Shown piece by piece: positions 9,745 through 19,998 of a DNA stretch of 64,000 nt. Positions within the stretch are counted from its first letter, which is position 1. The number at the start of each line of letters is the position of its first letter. The translations under genes and the position numbers were made by a program. The DNA comes from Nitrososphaeria archaeon (GTDB lineage Archaea > Thermoproteota > Nitrososphaeria > JACIWG01): NCBI GenBank assembly GCA_050011875.1, contig JBEKIG010000003.1, forward strand, positions 96,001 to 160,000, written 5' to 3'. The notes beneath the pieces were generated by a model. It saw nothing but the letters and a program-made list of their open reading frames with translations. It was not told the origin of the DNA and ran no database searches.

Positions 9745-10719
9745 CTATCTTGCGGCATTTGTTACTCCGCTTACGTGAAAGCAGGACACAAGGTGCCCGA
9801 CACCTTCAAGTTTTGGTTCCTTTGAGCGGCATAGGTCATCTGAATATGGACAGCGTGGACTAAACTTGCAGCCTTTTACGACCCCATTTGATCCTTCATG
9901 AATAACATTGTAATTTGACACATCGTATTTGTTTGACATGTAAAGAGATGGAACAGAGGATATAAGTAACTTTGTATAGGGATGAAGAGGATTGTTGAAT
10001 ACTTCGTTGCTTTCACCTATTTCCACAAGCTCTCCTAGATACATGACGCCCACTCTATTACTCACATAACTTACAACTGAGAGGTTGTGGGAAATGAACA
10101 AATAGGATAAGCCAATTTTTTTCTGGATTTCAGTAAGTAAGTTCAAGATCTGAGCCTGTACAGACACGTCGAGAGCCGAAGTCGGTTCGTCTAGGACAAT
10201 AAATTCGGGTTCAGCTAAAATAGCTCTTGCGACAGCAACTCTCTGTTTCATCCCTCCACTTAAATGGTGTGGAAACATGTCTATGACGTCAGGTCTAAGG
10301 CCGACGTCTTCGACAACGCTCTTTATTCGGTCATGACAGTTCCCCTTATAACCGCTGCATTCGAGACCCTCTAACAAAATCTTGCCAATCTTCATCCTCG
10401 GATCTAGTGACGAGTCAGGGTTTTGGAAAACTACCTGCATTTTTCTTCTCGCTTCTTTGACGACTTTCTTCTTAGCTTTCAACAGATCTAAGTCCTTAAA
10501 GAGCACCCTACCAGAACTCGGCCGTTCCAACCAGAGGAGAAGCCTTCCGAGTGTGCTTTTACCACTGCCACTTTCACCAACAAGCCCGAAGACTTCTTTA
10601 GCTCGAATTGAAATATTGACTCCTTCGACAGCTTTAAGCACACTTGATTTAGTGGTTGAAACCTTAACGTCATAGAACTTTGATAGATTTTCTCCTCTAA
10701 CGATTTCCACAAATGTCAC
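9745..10719 (-). CDS. Dipeptide/oligopeptide ABC transporter ATPase (DppF/OppF)
   Basis: GESGSGKS, LSGGMKQR, DEPTSALD, PLHPYT and a Cys-rich C-terminal tail. Confidence 0.93.
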   Translation of the reverse strand: MTFVEIVRGENLSKFYDVKVSTTKSSVLKAVEGVNISIRAKEVFGLVGESGSGKSTLGRLLLWLERPSSGRVLFKDLDLLKAKKKVVKEARRKMQVVFQNPDSSLDPRMKIGKILLEGLECSGYKGNCHDRIKSVVEDVGLRPDVIDMFPHHLSGGMKQRVAVARAILAEPEFIVLDEPTSALDVSVQAQILNLLTEIQKKIGLSYLFISHNLSVVSYVSNRVGVMYLGELVEIGESNEVFNNPLHPYTKLLISSVPSLYMSNKYDVSNYNVIHEGSNGVVKGCKFSPRCPYSDDLCRSKEPKLEGVGHLVSCFHVSGVTNAAR

Positions 10720-11675
10720 CTCACTCTATTACAAGCTATAAGCCTCCCCTCTATTGGCACAAGTTCGGGTTCATCAAGCCTACAATACTCTTGCGCATAC
10801 GGGCAGCGTGGACGAAACTTGCAACCTTCAGGAAGGTTAGACATGTCGGGTACGTTTCCTGGCAGTGGTTTAAGGACACCCTTTTGCCCTTTTGGAATAC
10901 AGCTCATCAATGAGAGCGTGTAGGGGTGTTTTGGGTTGTTAAAGATGTCCTCTAAAGAGCCCATTTCAAGAATTCTTCCAGCGTACATTATCCCGATATA
11001 ATTGCAGACTTCTGCGGCGACGCCCATGTCGTGTGTTATCAAGATCATCGATAGGCCTTTGCTTTCTGAAAGGTTTCTGATAAGCTTCAGTATCTGATCC
11101 TGTATCGTTACATCAAGTGCAGAAGTTGGTTCATCGGCTATTATTAGGCGAGGGCCAAGCGCTATAGCCATGGCTATAATTATTCTCTGTTTCATCCCTC
11201 CACTTAGCTGGTGTGGATAGTAGCCCATCCGCTTTCCTGCATCAGGTATTCCAACTATTTTTAGAAGGCCTAAGCTTCTATTATATGCTTCCGATTTAGA
11301 AAAACCGTGTGATGTGAAGACTTCCATTACCTGTTCTCCGACACGCATAACTGGGTTGAGTGCTGATCCTGGATCTTGGAAAATGATTGAGACTTCAGAG
11401 CCCCTCATCTTCCTAATCTCTTCTTCTTCGAGCTTAAGTAAATCCAGACCTTCAAGGAGGACTTCTCCTGTAATCTCTGCTGGACAAAGCCTGATAATTG
11501 AGAGACCTAAGGTGCTCTTGCCGCTTCCACTTTCCCCTACTATAGCGACCCTGTCGCCCTTCTTAAGGGTGAAGCTAACTCCATCAACAGCTCTTATTGT
11601 AGAACCACTTAGCTTATAGTTGACTTTCAGATTGCGAACATCGAGCAGAACCTTATTTGACTGCAATGACCTCAC
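10716..11675 (-). CDS. Dipeptide/oligopeptide ABC transporter ATPase (DppD/OppD)
   Basis: GESGSGKS, YPHQLSGGMKQR, ADEPTSALD, GCKFRPRCP. Confidence 0.93.
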   Translation of the reverse strand: MRSLQSNKVLLDVRNLKVNYKLSGSTIRAVDGVSFTLKKGDRVAIVGESGSGKSTLGLSIIRLCPAEITGEVLLEGLDLLKLEEEEIRKMRGSEVSIIFQDPGSALNPVMRVGEQVMEVFTSHGFSKSEAYNRSLGLLKIVGIPDAGKRMGYYPHQLSGGMKQRIIIAMAIALGPRLIIADEPTSALDVTIQDQILKLIRNLSESKGLSMILITHDMGVAAEVCNYIGIMYAGRILEMGSLEDIFNNPKHPYTLSLMSCIPKGQKGVLKPLPGNVPDMSNLPEGCKFRPRCPYAQEYCRLDEPELVPIEGRLIACNRVR

Positions 11676-12474
11676 CTATTCTGTCTCCAATCCTGTTGAA
11701 TGAAAATACTACAAGAAATACGGCAAGTCCTGGGAAAATAATTATGTGGGGAGCATAGAAAATATATGCACTCCCCGTACCCAGCATCGTCCCCCATTCG
11801 GGCTGGGGCGGTGGAATACCTATTCCTAAGAAACCAAGGCCTGAAATAAAAAGAATTGCGGTTCCAAGGTTCAAAGTAACCTGGGCGATCAGTGTGGGAG
11901 AAATATTTGGAATAATGTGTCTCGTCATTACTTTCATATTTCTGACGCCTAGCTGTTTTGCTGCCGAGACATATTCTAGTTCCTTCACCTGCAACGTCAA
12001 CCCTCTAGCCATCCTTATAAATGATGGGATCATAGCCAAAGCTACTGAAACTATTACTGTAGTCAGGTTATTGCCCATGATTGCGATGAACATTATAGCA
12101 AGCAAGAAACCCGGCAGTGCCAGAAGGACGTCTGTTAGCCTTTGAATAACCATATCCACAGCGCCACCATAAAAACCGGAAAAAACTCCCCCGATTATTC
12201 CCACTGCAGCGCCTACTGCCGTAGCTGCGAACGCTATAGAGAGCGTCAACCTTGCGCCGTAGATAACTCTGCTCAAGATGTCTCTTCCTAGTTCATCGGT
12301 GCCAAATGGATGAGATAAACTGGGAGGCTGGCAGCTCTGCGAAAGATTTGTAGCTAAAGGATTGTAGGGTGCAATAAAGTTAGCAAATAAACCCATTGCT
12401 ATGAAAGCTGACAATAAGAGCACGCAAACAAGGACCATCTTGTATCTTAGAACTTCCTTTATAGTCGAAATCAT
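11653..12474 (-). CDS. Peptide ABC transporter permease (DppC/OppC)
   Basis: HPFGTDELGRDILSR, EYVSAAKQLG (EAA loop), PEWGTML. Confidence 0.93.
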   Translation of the reverse strand: MISTIKEVLRYKMVLVCVLLLSAFIAMGLFANFIAPYNPLATNLSQSCQPPSLSHPFGTDELGRDILSRVIYGARLTLSIAFAATAVGAAVGIIGGVFSGFYGGAVDMVIQRLTDVLLALPGFLLAIMFIAIMGNNLTTVIVSVALAMIPSFIRMARGLTLQVKELEYVSAAKQLGVRNMKVMTRHIIPNISPTLIAQVTLNLGTAILFISGLGFLGIGIPPPQPEWGTMLGTGSAYIFYAPHIIIFPGLAVFLVVFSFNRIGDRIGEVIAVK

Positions 12475-13397
12475 TTGAGATTCACCCGAGGGTCAACAAC
12501 CGTATAGATGACGTCTACAGCAAGGTTAACCAGAGCATAAAAAAGGGCGAAAATGAATATGGAACCTTGCACCATAGGGTAGTCCCGGGACTCTATTGAA
12601 TCGACAATCAACCTTCCGAGTCCGGGCCAAGCGAAGACATTTTCCACGATAACAGCCCCGCCGAGCAGGGCACCAAATTGTAGGCCGACTATGGTTATGA
12701 CCGGGATTAACGCATTTCTAAGAATATGCTTGTAAAGCACAACCCTTTCACTTAAACCTTTTGATCTTGCTGTTATTACATAGTTCTTCTCCATCGTGTC
12801 AATTACACTGGCTTTGGTTATCTTTACGACAAAAGCCATCAGATAAAGTGCTATGGTAACAGTTGGCAAGATATAGTTTGCAGGGGAACCGGTTCCACCT
12901 GCTGGTAGAATATGTAAGCTTACGGCGAATATCATTATCAGTATCAACCCAAGCCAATAAATTGGCATCGAAATGCCAGCGATTGAAAAAGATGAAATTA
13001 ATGTGTCGAAAAAGGTGTTTTTTCTTGATGCCGCAAAAACCCCTAATGGAATACCTAGAATGACCGCTAGGATGGTGCCTCCTAAGGCTAAGGAGAGCGT
13101 GTATGGAAACCTTGAAAGAACTTCTGTAAGAACGGGAGACCTTGTCCTTGCTGAGACACCCAGATTGAATGTAAATAGGTTGCTCATATAAATAAAATAC
13201 TGTACATAAATGGGTTTATCAAGGCCAAGCTGTTGTCTAAGAGCTGCAACATCTTGTGGACTTGCCATAAGACCGGCTAGCACTCTAGCAGGGTCCCCTG
13301 GTATAAGCCTAACAAGAATGAAAAGGAATGTAACTAAACCTATCAGAGTGGGTATGAGAAGCAGGAGCCTTTTAAAAAAATAGGAGAGGGCTGACAG
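12471..13397 (-). CDS. Peptide ABC transporter permease (DppB/OppB); probably starts at a CTG at 13397
   Basis: The frame extends 38 codons upstream of the ORF-track start (LSALSYFFKRLLLLIPTL...LIPGDPA). Also YVITARSKGL, ENVFAWPGLG, RDYPMVQG. Confidence 0.9.
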   Translation of the reverse strand: MSALSYFFKRLLLLIPTLIGLVTFLFILVRLIPGDPARVLAGLMASPQDVAALRQQLGLDKPIYVQYFIYMSNLFTFNLGVSARTRSPVLTEVLSRFPYTLSLALGGTILAVILGIPLGVFAASRKNTFFDTLISSFSIAGISMPIYWLGLILIMIFAVSLHILPAGGTGSPANYILPTVTIALYLMAFVVKITKASVIDTMEKNYVITARSKGLSERVVLYKHILRNALIPVITIVGLQFGALLGGAVIVENVFAWPGLGRLIVDSIESRDYPMVQGSIFIFALFYALVNLAVDVIYTVVDPRVNLK

Positions 13398-13413
13398 TAT
13401 CGTACACCTGTCA

Positions 13414-15096
13414 TCATGAAATTGTTACTTTTCTGATGTCAAATGTTTCATAGGGACTGATGATTAACCCATGAATTCTGCTACTTGTTACGATAACGAA
13501 TTTTTGACTGTATAGGAATATCCATGGAGCATCATCCCATATGTCCTTCTGCGCGATAGCGTACATTTGGAGCCTATAGGTACTATTACTCGATTGCCTA
13601 CCTTGTTCAAGAGCCCAATCTACAGTTGCGTTTTTGTAGAACATTGTGTTAAATTTGCCTGGTGCCCATTGTGATGAGTCGAATACTGGGTAGAGCATCT
13701 GATCTGCGTCTGGAACAGTCATAGCATATCCTATCAAGGTCAGATCCCAAGTGGTTGAAGTTGCGTTACCTCCCATCAGCTCGCTGACGAAGGTTGGCCA
13801 GTCCGGAGTAGATATTGTCACATTTATACCCACCTGTGCGAGCATGGACTGTATTGCTTCACCAACTTGTGTGTCAAAAAGGTATCTACCTGTAGGACAC
13901 AGCATCTTCAACGTAAACCCGTTTGGATACCCTGCAGCCGCAAGTAGCTCTTTAGCTTTCGTAACGTTATATGTGTACTGTTGTTGTGGCGAATAGCCGA
14001 AAAACGTTTGCGGTACCGCGCTATTGTAAACTGTTCCCATGTTGAAGAGGACGTACTTGACTATGGAGTTCTTATCGATTGCGTAGTTTAGGGCTTGTCT
14101 GACTCTTACATCCTTGAGTGGACCTTTCTGTGTTTCTATGTTAACACAAAGCATTCTTGAACTGTTTGCCATTATTACATTGACGCCAGCTGTCGAGTTC
14201 AGTTTAAGAATGTCTGTTGGAGGAGGGGACAGTATCATATCTAGGTCTCCAGATAGCAACATAGCTTCCCTTGTCGTAGCATCTGGTACGATCACCCATG
14301 TGACTTGATCAAAAGCCGCAGGTCCACCCCAATATTGGTTAAACCTTGTAAAGGTTATATGATCGCCTTTAACCCATTCCTTGAACATAAAAGGCCCTGT
14401 ACCCAGACCAGCAAGAGAGCTTTTAATACCTGCTTCACCGAGTTTTGCGTAAGATGTAGGCGAAATTATTGGAAACATCGAAGTAGCCATAATAAAGGGA
14501 GCGAATGGGTATTTTAGGTTGAATTGAACCGAATATGTACCTGTGATTTCTGTTGAATTAAGGCAGGCAATTGAACTTCTCAGAGGAACTGTTACGTTAG
14601 GGTTCAGAGCTCTATCAAACGAGAACTTGACAGCTGTCGCATTAAAGTCAGTGCCATCCTGGAACTTGATGTTCTTTCTTAGTTGGACATCAACTTTGAG
14701 ACCGTCAGAGGATACTGTATAGCTTTCGGCGAGGAGGTTCACTACTTTTCCATTTTGGTCGTAGTAGAACAAAGGTTCAACTGCGAATTGAATCATGTTC
14801 TCAATGGTCGTTGTAGTTTGACCATCGGGATCTAAAGTATCAGGGTCTGTTCCTATACCTATCCGTAGGTTAGTCGAAGTTGAATTAGAGCTTGATGTTG
14901 GAATGGTCGACGTACTCGTGGAAGTCGAAGTAGATGCTGAGCTAGTTGTAGTGCTTGTTGAAGTTGGAGAGAAGGAAGTTGTGGTCTTCATCGTTCCCGA
15001 AAGGTAAATGGCTGAAACTCCAGCAATCACAATAACAACTGCTACTGCGATAACCAACATCTTATTCAAAGCTCTCATCTGCCTATTGGTTGACAT
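13414..15096 (-). CDS. Family 5 ABC substrate-binding protein with N-terminal TM anchor and Ser/Thr linker
   Basis: DPDTLDP, FQDGTDFNATAVKFS, GTGPF, DVRVRQALNYAID. A hydrophobic N-terminus is followed by an S/T-rich stretch. Confidence 0.93.
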   Translation of the reverse strand: MSTNRQMRALNKMLVIAVAVVIVIAGVSAIYLSGTMKTTTSFSPTSTSTTTSSASTSTSTSTSTIPTSSSNSTSTNLRIGIGTDPDTLDPDGQTTTTIENMIQFAVEPLFYYDQNGKVVNLLAESYTVSSDGLKVDVQLRKNIKFQDGTDFNATAVKFSFDRALNPNVTVPLRSSIACLNSTEITGTYSVQFNLKYPFAPFIMATSMFPIISPTSYAKLGEAGIKSSLAGLGTGPFMFKEWVKGDHITFTRFNQYWGGPAAFDQVTWVIVPDATTREAMLLSGDLDMILSPPPTDILKLNSTAGVNVIMANSSRMLCVNIETQKGPLKDVRVRQALNYAIDKNSIVKYVLFNMGTVYNSAVPQTFFGYSPQQQYTYNVTKAKELLAAAGYPNGFTLKMLCPTGRYLFDTQVGEAIQSMLAQVGINVTISTPDWPTFVSELMGGNATSTTWDLTLIGYAMTVPDADQMLYPVFDSSQWAPGKFNTMFYKNATVDWALEQGRQSSNSTYRLQMYAIAQKDIWDDAPWIFLYSQKFVIVTSSRIHGLIISPYETFDIRKVTIS

Positions 15097-15099
15097 TGT

Positions 15100-16365
15100 T
15101 TAGAACCCCCTCTTCGCGTGTATCGAACCTTCCTTGACGACGAGCCTAATGTTGTCCCTCTTCTGTAGTAGACCGATATCATCTAGAGGGTTACCATTAA
15201 CTGCTATCAAGTCGGCAAACTTGCCTGCTTCAAGTGTCCCCGTCATGTTTGTAAGCCCACACGCTTGAGCGCCGGTCTTGGTTGCTGCAACTATCGCCTC
15301 CATGGGTGTGAAATTGCATTTTTCTACCAGCAGTTGTAGTTCCATAGCGTTGGTTCCGAACTTTAACATTGGGGTTCCAACGAAATCTGTTCCCGTAGCT
15401 ATTTTGACTCCAAGTTTTTTTGCTGCAGAAATATTTTTTACATGGTCTTCGATTACTTCCATAGACTTTTTCAAACCCCATTCTGGAGTACCTGCTTCTC
15501 TGCCCTTTGCTATCAGCTGGTGAACGATAGATAACGTTGGAACAACGATCGCATCCTTTTCAACCATCATCTTCGCAGCTTCTTCATCGATGTATATTCC
15601 GTGCTCGATCGTTTTAACACCCGCAACGAGGGCGTTCTTGATTCCTCTCGCACCCTGTGCGTGAGAGGCTACGAATGTACCGACTTTCCTGGCTTCGTTT
15701 ACTATTGCACCTATCTCCTCTACCGTGAATTGTTCGTCGTTTGGCTTGTCCCTCTCAGACATAACCCCTCCTGTGGAGCATATTTTTATGAAGTTCGCAC
15801 CCTCTCTTAGCGCAAGTCTGGCAGCTCGCATGCATTCAGGGACACCATCGCAAATAATACTGCCCATACCCTGTTTATACTCACTCCTCTTTTTTGCTAT
15901 CTCAAGAGGAAAGAAATGTTCGTCGCCATGGCCGAAGGTTTGAGTAAGCACCCTTCCCGATGCGACGATTCTAGGTCCCCTTGTTATACCGGCTTCAACC
16001 GCCATTCGAAGATATGGGCCGTTATTTCCTCCACAGTCTCTAACAGTTGTGAAACCTGCGTCAAGTAGATCCTGTATATCGTAAATAGCTTTTATGAGTA
16101 GAAGCTCTGTTGGTCTTATTATAGTTTCCTCTACGAATTTGTCAGTCCAGTGACCGGCGATATGCAGGTGTGAGTCGATCATGCCTGGCATAACGGTGAA
16201 ATTTCCGGCATCTAAAACTTCTAGGGATGAATCCACACGCTTCGATATTGAATCAATTTTTCCATTGTTTATGACGACAAAGACATCGTGCAGAGGTTTA
16301 TTACCAGTACCATCTATTAGCAGCCCAGATTTTATAGCGTATTTAGTGCTGTTTTTATCTGACAT
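15100..16365 (-). CDS. Metal-dependent amidohydrolase (Xaa-Pro dipeptidase-like subgroup)
   Basis: MPGMIDSHLH, GFTTVRDCG, IKICSTGGV, SHAQG, TIEHG, ATGTD, GKFADLIAV.GNPL. Confidence 0.9.
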   Translation of the reverse strand: MSDKNSTKYAIKSGLLIDGTGNKPLHDVFVVINNGKIDSISKRVDSSLEVLDAGNFTVMPGMIDSHLHIAGHWTDKFVEETIIRPTELLLIKAIYDIQDLLDAGFTTVRDCGGNNGPYLRMAVEAGITRGPRIVASGRVLTQTFGHGDEHFFPLEIAKKRSEYKQGMGSIICDGVPECMRAARLALREGANFIKICSTGGVMSERDKPNDEQFTVEEIGAIVNEARKVGTFVASHAQGARGIKNALVAGVKTIEHGIYIDEEAAKMMVEKDAIVVPTLSIVHQLIAKGREAGTPEWGLKKSMEVIEDHVKNISAAKKLGVKIATGTDFVGTPMLKFGTNAMELQLLVEKCNFTPMEAIVAATKTGAQACGLTNMTGTLEAGKFADLIAVNGNPLDDIGLLQKRDNIRLVVKEGSIHAKRGF

Positions 16366-16564
16366 TTGTAAATCAGAGCTATTTAAGAATTGTATATAAA
16401 CTTTTAAATGTTAATAAGATAAAAATTTTAATTTTTTGACGATTAAAGAAAAAAAATAAACTTTATGATACCCATCCTAGAAATTAACATGTTTAACTTA
16501 ATATATTCCTGTCATCTACGAGTTAGACTAATATTGTGAAAGAGAATAATTATATCGCTAAAAC

Positions 16565-17962
16565 CTAATCAGATACGTATATTACTCTGAGATCTTGAAC
16601 ATTTGTTCCAGTGCTACCTGTATAAATCAAGTCCTCAAGCCTTGCTAGAGCTTGGTACGAATTATGATCCTCTAACGCTTTATAGATGTCGACATCAAGC
16701 TCTCTAGCCCTCTTAACAGTAAATCCATCAGAAATGCCCCCGGCCACTTCGGTCGGCCCATCTGTGCCATCAGAGTCGACGCTCCCTACAGTTATTTTAT
16801 CGCTTCCTTCTATCCTGGTTGCTGACGCTAAAGCAAATTCCTGATTGCGACCACCCTTAACATCTTTTCCTACATACTTGCCCATGGTCACAATCAATTC
16901 ACCTCCCGATATAAGTGCACATGGGGATTTGAAGGGCCTTTTACGCTGTTCAACCTCACGTGCAATGCTCGCAAGTGTTCTAGCCGAATCCTTTGCTTCT
17001 GCACTTACTCTCTGAGCCAAGATCACGCTTCTTATCCCCATCTCCTCCGCCTTTCTCCTTGCACCCAGAAGCATATACTCGGCTGTCATGACAACATTTT
17101 TTCTAAAGTACACTTTAGAGAACTCTTCCCTGCTCGGAAGTTCATACCTCGGATCTGCCCTCTCAAATAGAGACTTTACTGAACGAGGAAGTTCGTCCCA
17201 AGCGCCATACTTTTTCACAATATTTATCGCGTCCTTGAATGTCGAGTAGGGTTCAGTATATGATAGTGTTTCTTCTGGCCAGAGTTCGTTAGTCAAAATA
17301 TAGATGTATTTGGCTGGATAGACGTACATGTTTATTCTGCCTCCACCTAACATCGAGAGATGATGCCTTACAACATTTAACTCCCAAATAGGTATACCTC
17401 GATCATAATATAGTAGAAGATAAGTTTTGGCCAAATCTTCTATGCTGACCTCTGGCGGTGGCAGAGCACTTAACGAAGTTGCACCGCCAGATCCCACATA
17501 TATTACAATATCGTCTTTGGTAGCTTTCTCAGCTATTTGCCTTATGCGTTCAGCGCCTTCCACTGAGTCTTCATCGGGTAGAGGATGGCCGGCAAAGGTT
17601 ACTTCAATTTTCTTAAGGTCGCTGCATTCCCCTTTTTTTATATTTATGTGACCCTCCGTAAGTCTATTTCCCAACACTTCCTCGAATACCTTAGCCATCC
17701 TTTGGACAGCCTTCCCAGCACCTATAACGTAGATGTTCTTTACCTCTGAAAGATCGAAAACATCTGATCCTATCATCAGTTTCCCTTTCTTTATACGAAC
17801 TATCTTACGCGTGTTAGGGTAAGGGTCCGCTGATCTTAATCCTTCCTCAAGAATTTGTATAACGATTTTGCGCCCTTCGATGTTTCCGTGTGAAGAAAGG
17901 ATATTAGAATTCTTGATAGGGTTAGATAGACTTAAAGGTCCTTGGACCCTTGAAGGCATCAT
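16565..17962 (-). CDS. Glycerate kinase family (DUF4147/MOFRL)
   Basis: GAGKA, AGHPLPDE, SGGATSL, SGGE, GGRNQE, DSDGTDG, TGTNVQD. Confidence 0.88.
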   Translation of the reverse strand: MMPSRVQGPLSLSNPIKNSNILSSHGNIEGRKIVIQILEEGLRSADPYPNTRKIVRIKKGKLMIGSDVFDLSEVKNIYVIGAGKAVQRMAKVFEEVLGNRLTEGHINIKKGECSDLKKIEVTFAGHPLPDEDSVEGAERIRQIAEKATKDDIVIYVGSGGATSLSALPPPEVSIEDLAKTYLLLYYDRGIPIWELNVVRHHLSMLGGGRINMYVYPAKYIYILTNELWPEETLSYTEPYSTFKDAINIVKKYGAWDELPRSVKSLFERADPRYELPSREEFSKVYFRKNVVMTAEYMLLGARRKAEEMGIRSVILAQRVSAEAKDSARTLASIAREVEQRKRPFKSPCALISGGELIVTMGKYVGKDVKGGRNQEFALASATRIEGSDKITVGSVDSDGTDGPTEVAGGISDGFTVKRARELDVDIYKALEDHNSYQALARLEDLIYTGSTGTNVQDLRVIYVSD

Positions 17963-18035
17963 TTTTCAATTTCTAACAATGCTTATAAACTTTAGACGGA
18001 GGAGACGCAGAAAATAGTATCTGAAAATTCTATTT

Positions 18036-18722
18036 TCAGTGAAAGATAATCTTTAAAGTTTTTTTCGATTCATTTATCATATCATTTAAAGCCTCAAACG
18101 CTCTACCAACGTCTTCGTTTTTCACTAGAATAACAGTATCAGTATAAGAACTTGTAGTATCTTCAATGTTGACACCCGATGTGAAAAGCTTTTCATATAT
18201 TGATATCGCACACCCGGGAACATCTGTAATATCCGGTGGACTGCCTACAATTATTGCCGCAAGTCCTTTCCGGAATTCTAACGAAGAGCCTTTACCTAAG
18301 AAGTCCCAAGCATCCATCGATTGATCTTCATCCATGATTATAGTTATGGCGGAAGTTCCTAAAGAAATATGTATAATAGATTGTAAGAATTTTCTTATGA
18401 ATTCAGTAAATCTGATCATCATCGCTCTCGTCTTCTCGACAGTTATCTTTGCAACACCCGTTTTGACGGAAATGTCGCTGTCTGCTAATATCATAATAAC
18501 ATTCTTATTCATTTGTGGAATAGCCGGTTTGAACCTCTTAAGCGCTGTGACTATACTCTGATATTCAACATCATACCCCATTCTCCTGTCAACCATTGGC
18601 TTTATCATCCTAGCTATCGCGCTATAGTTGGAATATCCTCCTTTAATTGAAGCCTGAAGGAAAATGTCATTTGAAACTATATCTTTTACGCTTAAAGTTA
18701 TGCTTTGACCAATATTGGTCAT
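18036..18722 (-). CDS. Archaeal protein with helical (HTH-like) N-terminus and tandem ACT-like domains
   Basis: NYSAIAR...SIVTALKR N-domain and an ACT-like C-terminus (PG....IYEKL...GVNIED..SSYTDTVILV). The start was moved to the ATG at 18722 to avoid overlap with argG. Confidence 0.7.
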   Translation of the reverse strand: MTNIGQSITLSVKDIVSNDIFLQASIKGGYSNYSAIARMIKPMVDRRMGYDVEYQSIVTALKRFKPAIPQMNKNVIMILADSDISVKTGVAKITVEKTRAMMIRFTEFIRKFLQSIIHISLGTSAITIIMDEDQSMDAWDFLGKGSSLEFRKGLAAIIVGSPPDITDVPGCAISIYEKLFTSGVNIEDTTSSYTDTVILVKNEDVGRAFEALNDMINESKKTLKIIFH

Positions 18723-18789
18723 AATTATTTCCAATTGGACAAAAATAACCAAAAAATATATAAACTTATCTATTGGAAGCAAAAATCCT

Positions 18790-19998
18790 ATGCCTAAAGA
18801 GAAAATAGTGCTAGCCTATTCTGGTGGTTTAGATACTTCCGTGATGATAAGGTGGTTACCAGAAAAGTACGGGTACGATGTTATAACCGTCATAGTTAAC
18901 CTTGGTCAAAAAGAAGATTTCAAAACAATTGAAGAAAGAGCATATCAAATCGGTGCAATCAAACACTACACGATCGATGCACAGGACGAATTTGTTGACT
19001 CATATATCACAACGGCAATAAACGCCAATGGCCTTTATGAAGGGAAATACCCTCTTAGTACGGCTATTGGGAGACCTCTTATAGTAAAAAAACTCGTTGA
19101 GATTGCAGAAAAAGAGGGGGCGCAAGCTATCGCTCACGGATGCACTGGAAAAGGAAACGATCAAGTTAGGTTTGAAGTTACAGCAAAAGCGTTGAACTCG
19201 TCCCTTAAGATTATTGCACCAGTAAGGGAATGGAATCTGAGCAGGCAGGAGGAAATTGAATACGCTAAAGAACATGGCATAACGATTCAAAGAAGTGCGA
19301 AAAAATATAGCATAGACCAAAATTTGTGGGGAAGATCGATAGAAGGCGGCTCCCTTGAAGACCCAATGAGTGAACCAGAAGAAGACGTTTACGAATGGAT
19401 TACACCGGCATCTAAGGCACCAATTACACCAGCCTATGCGGAGGTTGAATTTGAGGAAGGAAACCCCGTGTCATTAGATGGAAAAAAAAGAAGCTTAAAG
19501 GACATAGTATTCCTGCTTAACAAGCTTGCGGGAGAAAATGGTGTAGGCTTGATAGATCACATCGAAGATAGACTTGTCGGCATAAAAAGCAGAGAAGTTT
19601 ACGAATGCCCTGCGGCTGTAACACTTATAGAGGCACATAAAGCTCTTGAAAAGATGGTTTTGACAAGACATGAACTAGCTTTTAAAGAGGCGGTCGATTC
19701 CGAATGGTCAAGACTCACCTATTTCGGTCTTTGGATGGATCCTCTGAGAGAAGATTTAGAGGCTTTTATTAAACATTCACAGAAGAGAGTTTATGGCAGA
19801 GTTAAGATTAAATTTTATAAGGGAAGTTTATCGATTGCGGGCCTTGAATCTCCTTACTCGCTCTATGATAAAGCACTCTCAACATACGGCATAGATTCAA
19901 CCTTTGATCAAAAGGATTCAGCTGGATTCATTGAGATCTGGGGCCTCCAGTCAAGAATAGCGTCAGAGGTTCAAAGAAAAGCGGGAGCCAACAAATGA
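18790..19998 (+). CDS. argG: Argininosuccinate synthase
   Basis: LAYSGGLDTS, HGCTGKGNDQVRFE, YSIDQNLWGRS, GIKSREVYECP. ATG start at 18790. Confidence 0.97.
   Translation: MPKEKIVLAYSGGLDTSVMIRWLPEKYGYDVITVIVNLGQKEDFKTIEERAYQIGAIKHYTIDAQDEFVDSYITTAINANGLYEGKYPLSTAIGRPLIVKKLVEIAEKEGAQAIAHGCTGKGNDQVRFEVTAKALNSSLKIIAPVREWNLSRQEEIEYAKEHGITIQRSAKKYSIDQNLWGRSIEGGSLEDPMSEPEEDVYEWITPASKAPITPAYAEVEFEEGNPVSLDGKKRSLKDIVFLLNKLAGENGVGLIDHIEDRLVGIKSREVYECPAAVTLIEAHKALEKMVLTRHELAFKEAVDSEWSRLTYFGLWMDPLREDLEAFIKHSQKRVYGRVKIKFYKGSLSIAGLESPYSLYDKALSTYGIDSTFDQKDSAGFIEIWGLQSRIASEVQRKAGANK

Noticed and set aside
14880-14990. Low-complexity repeat-like DNA
   Set aside because: It encodes the Ser/Thr linker of the substrate-binding protein, which is ordinary for archaeal binding proteins.
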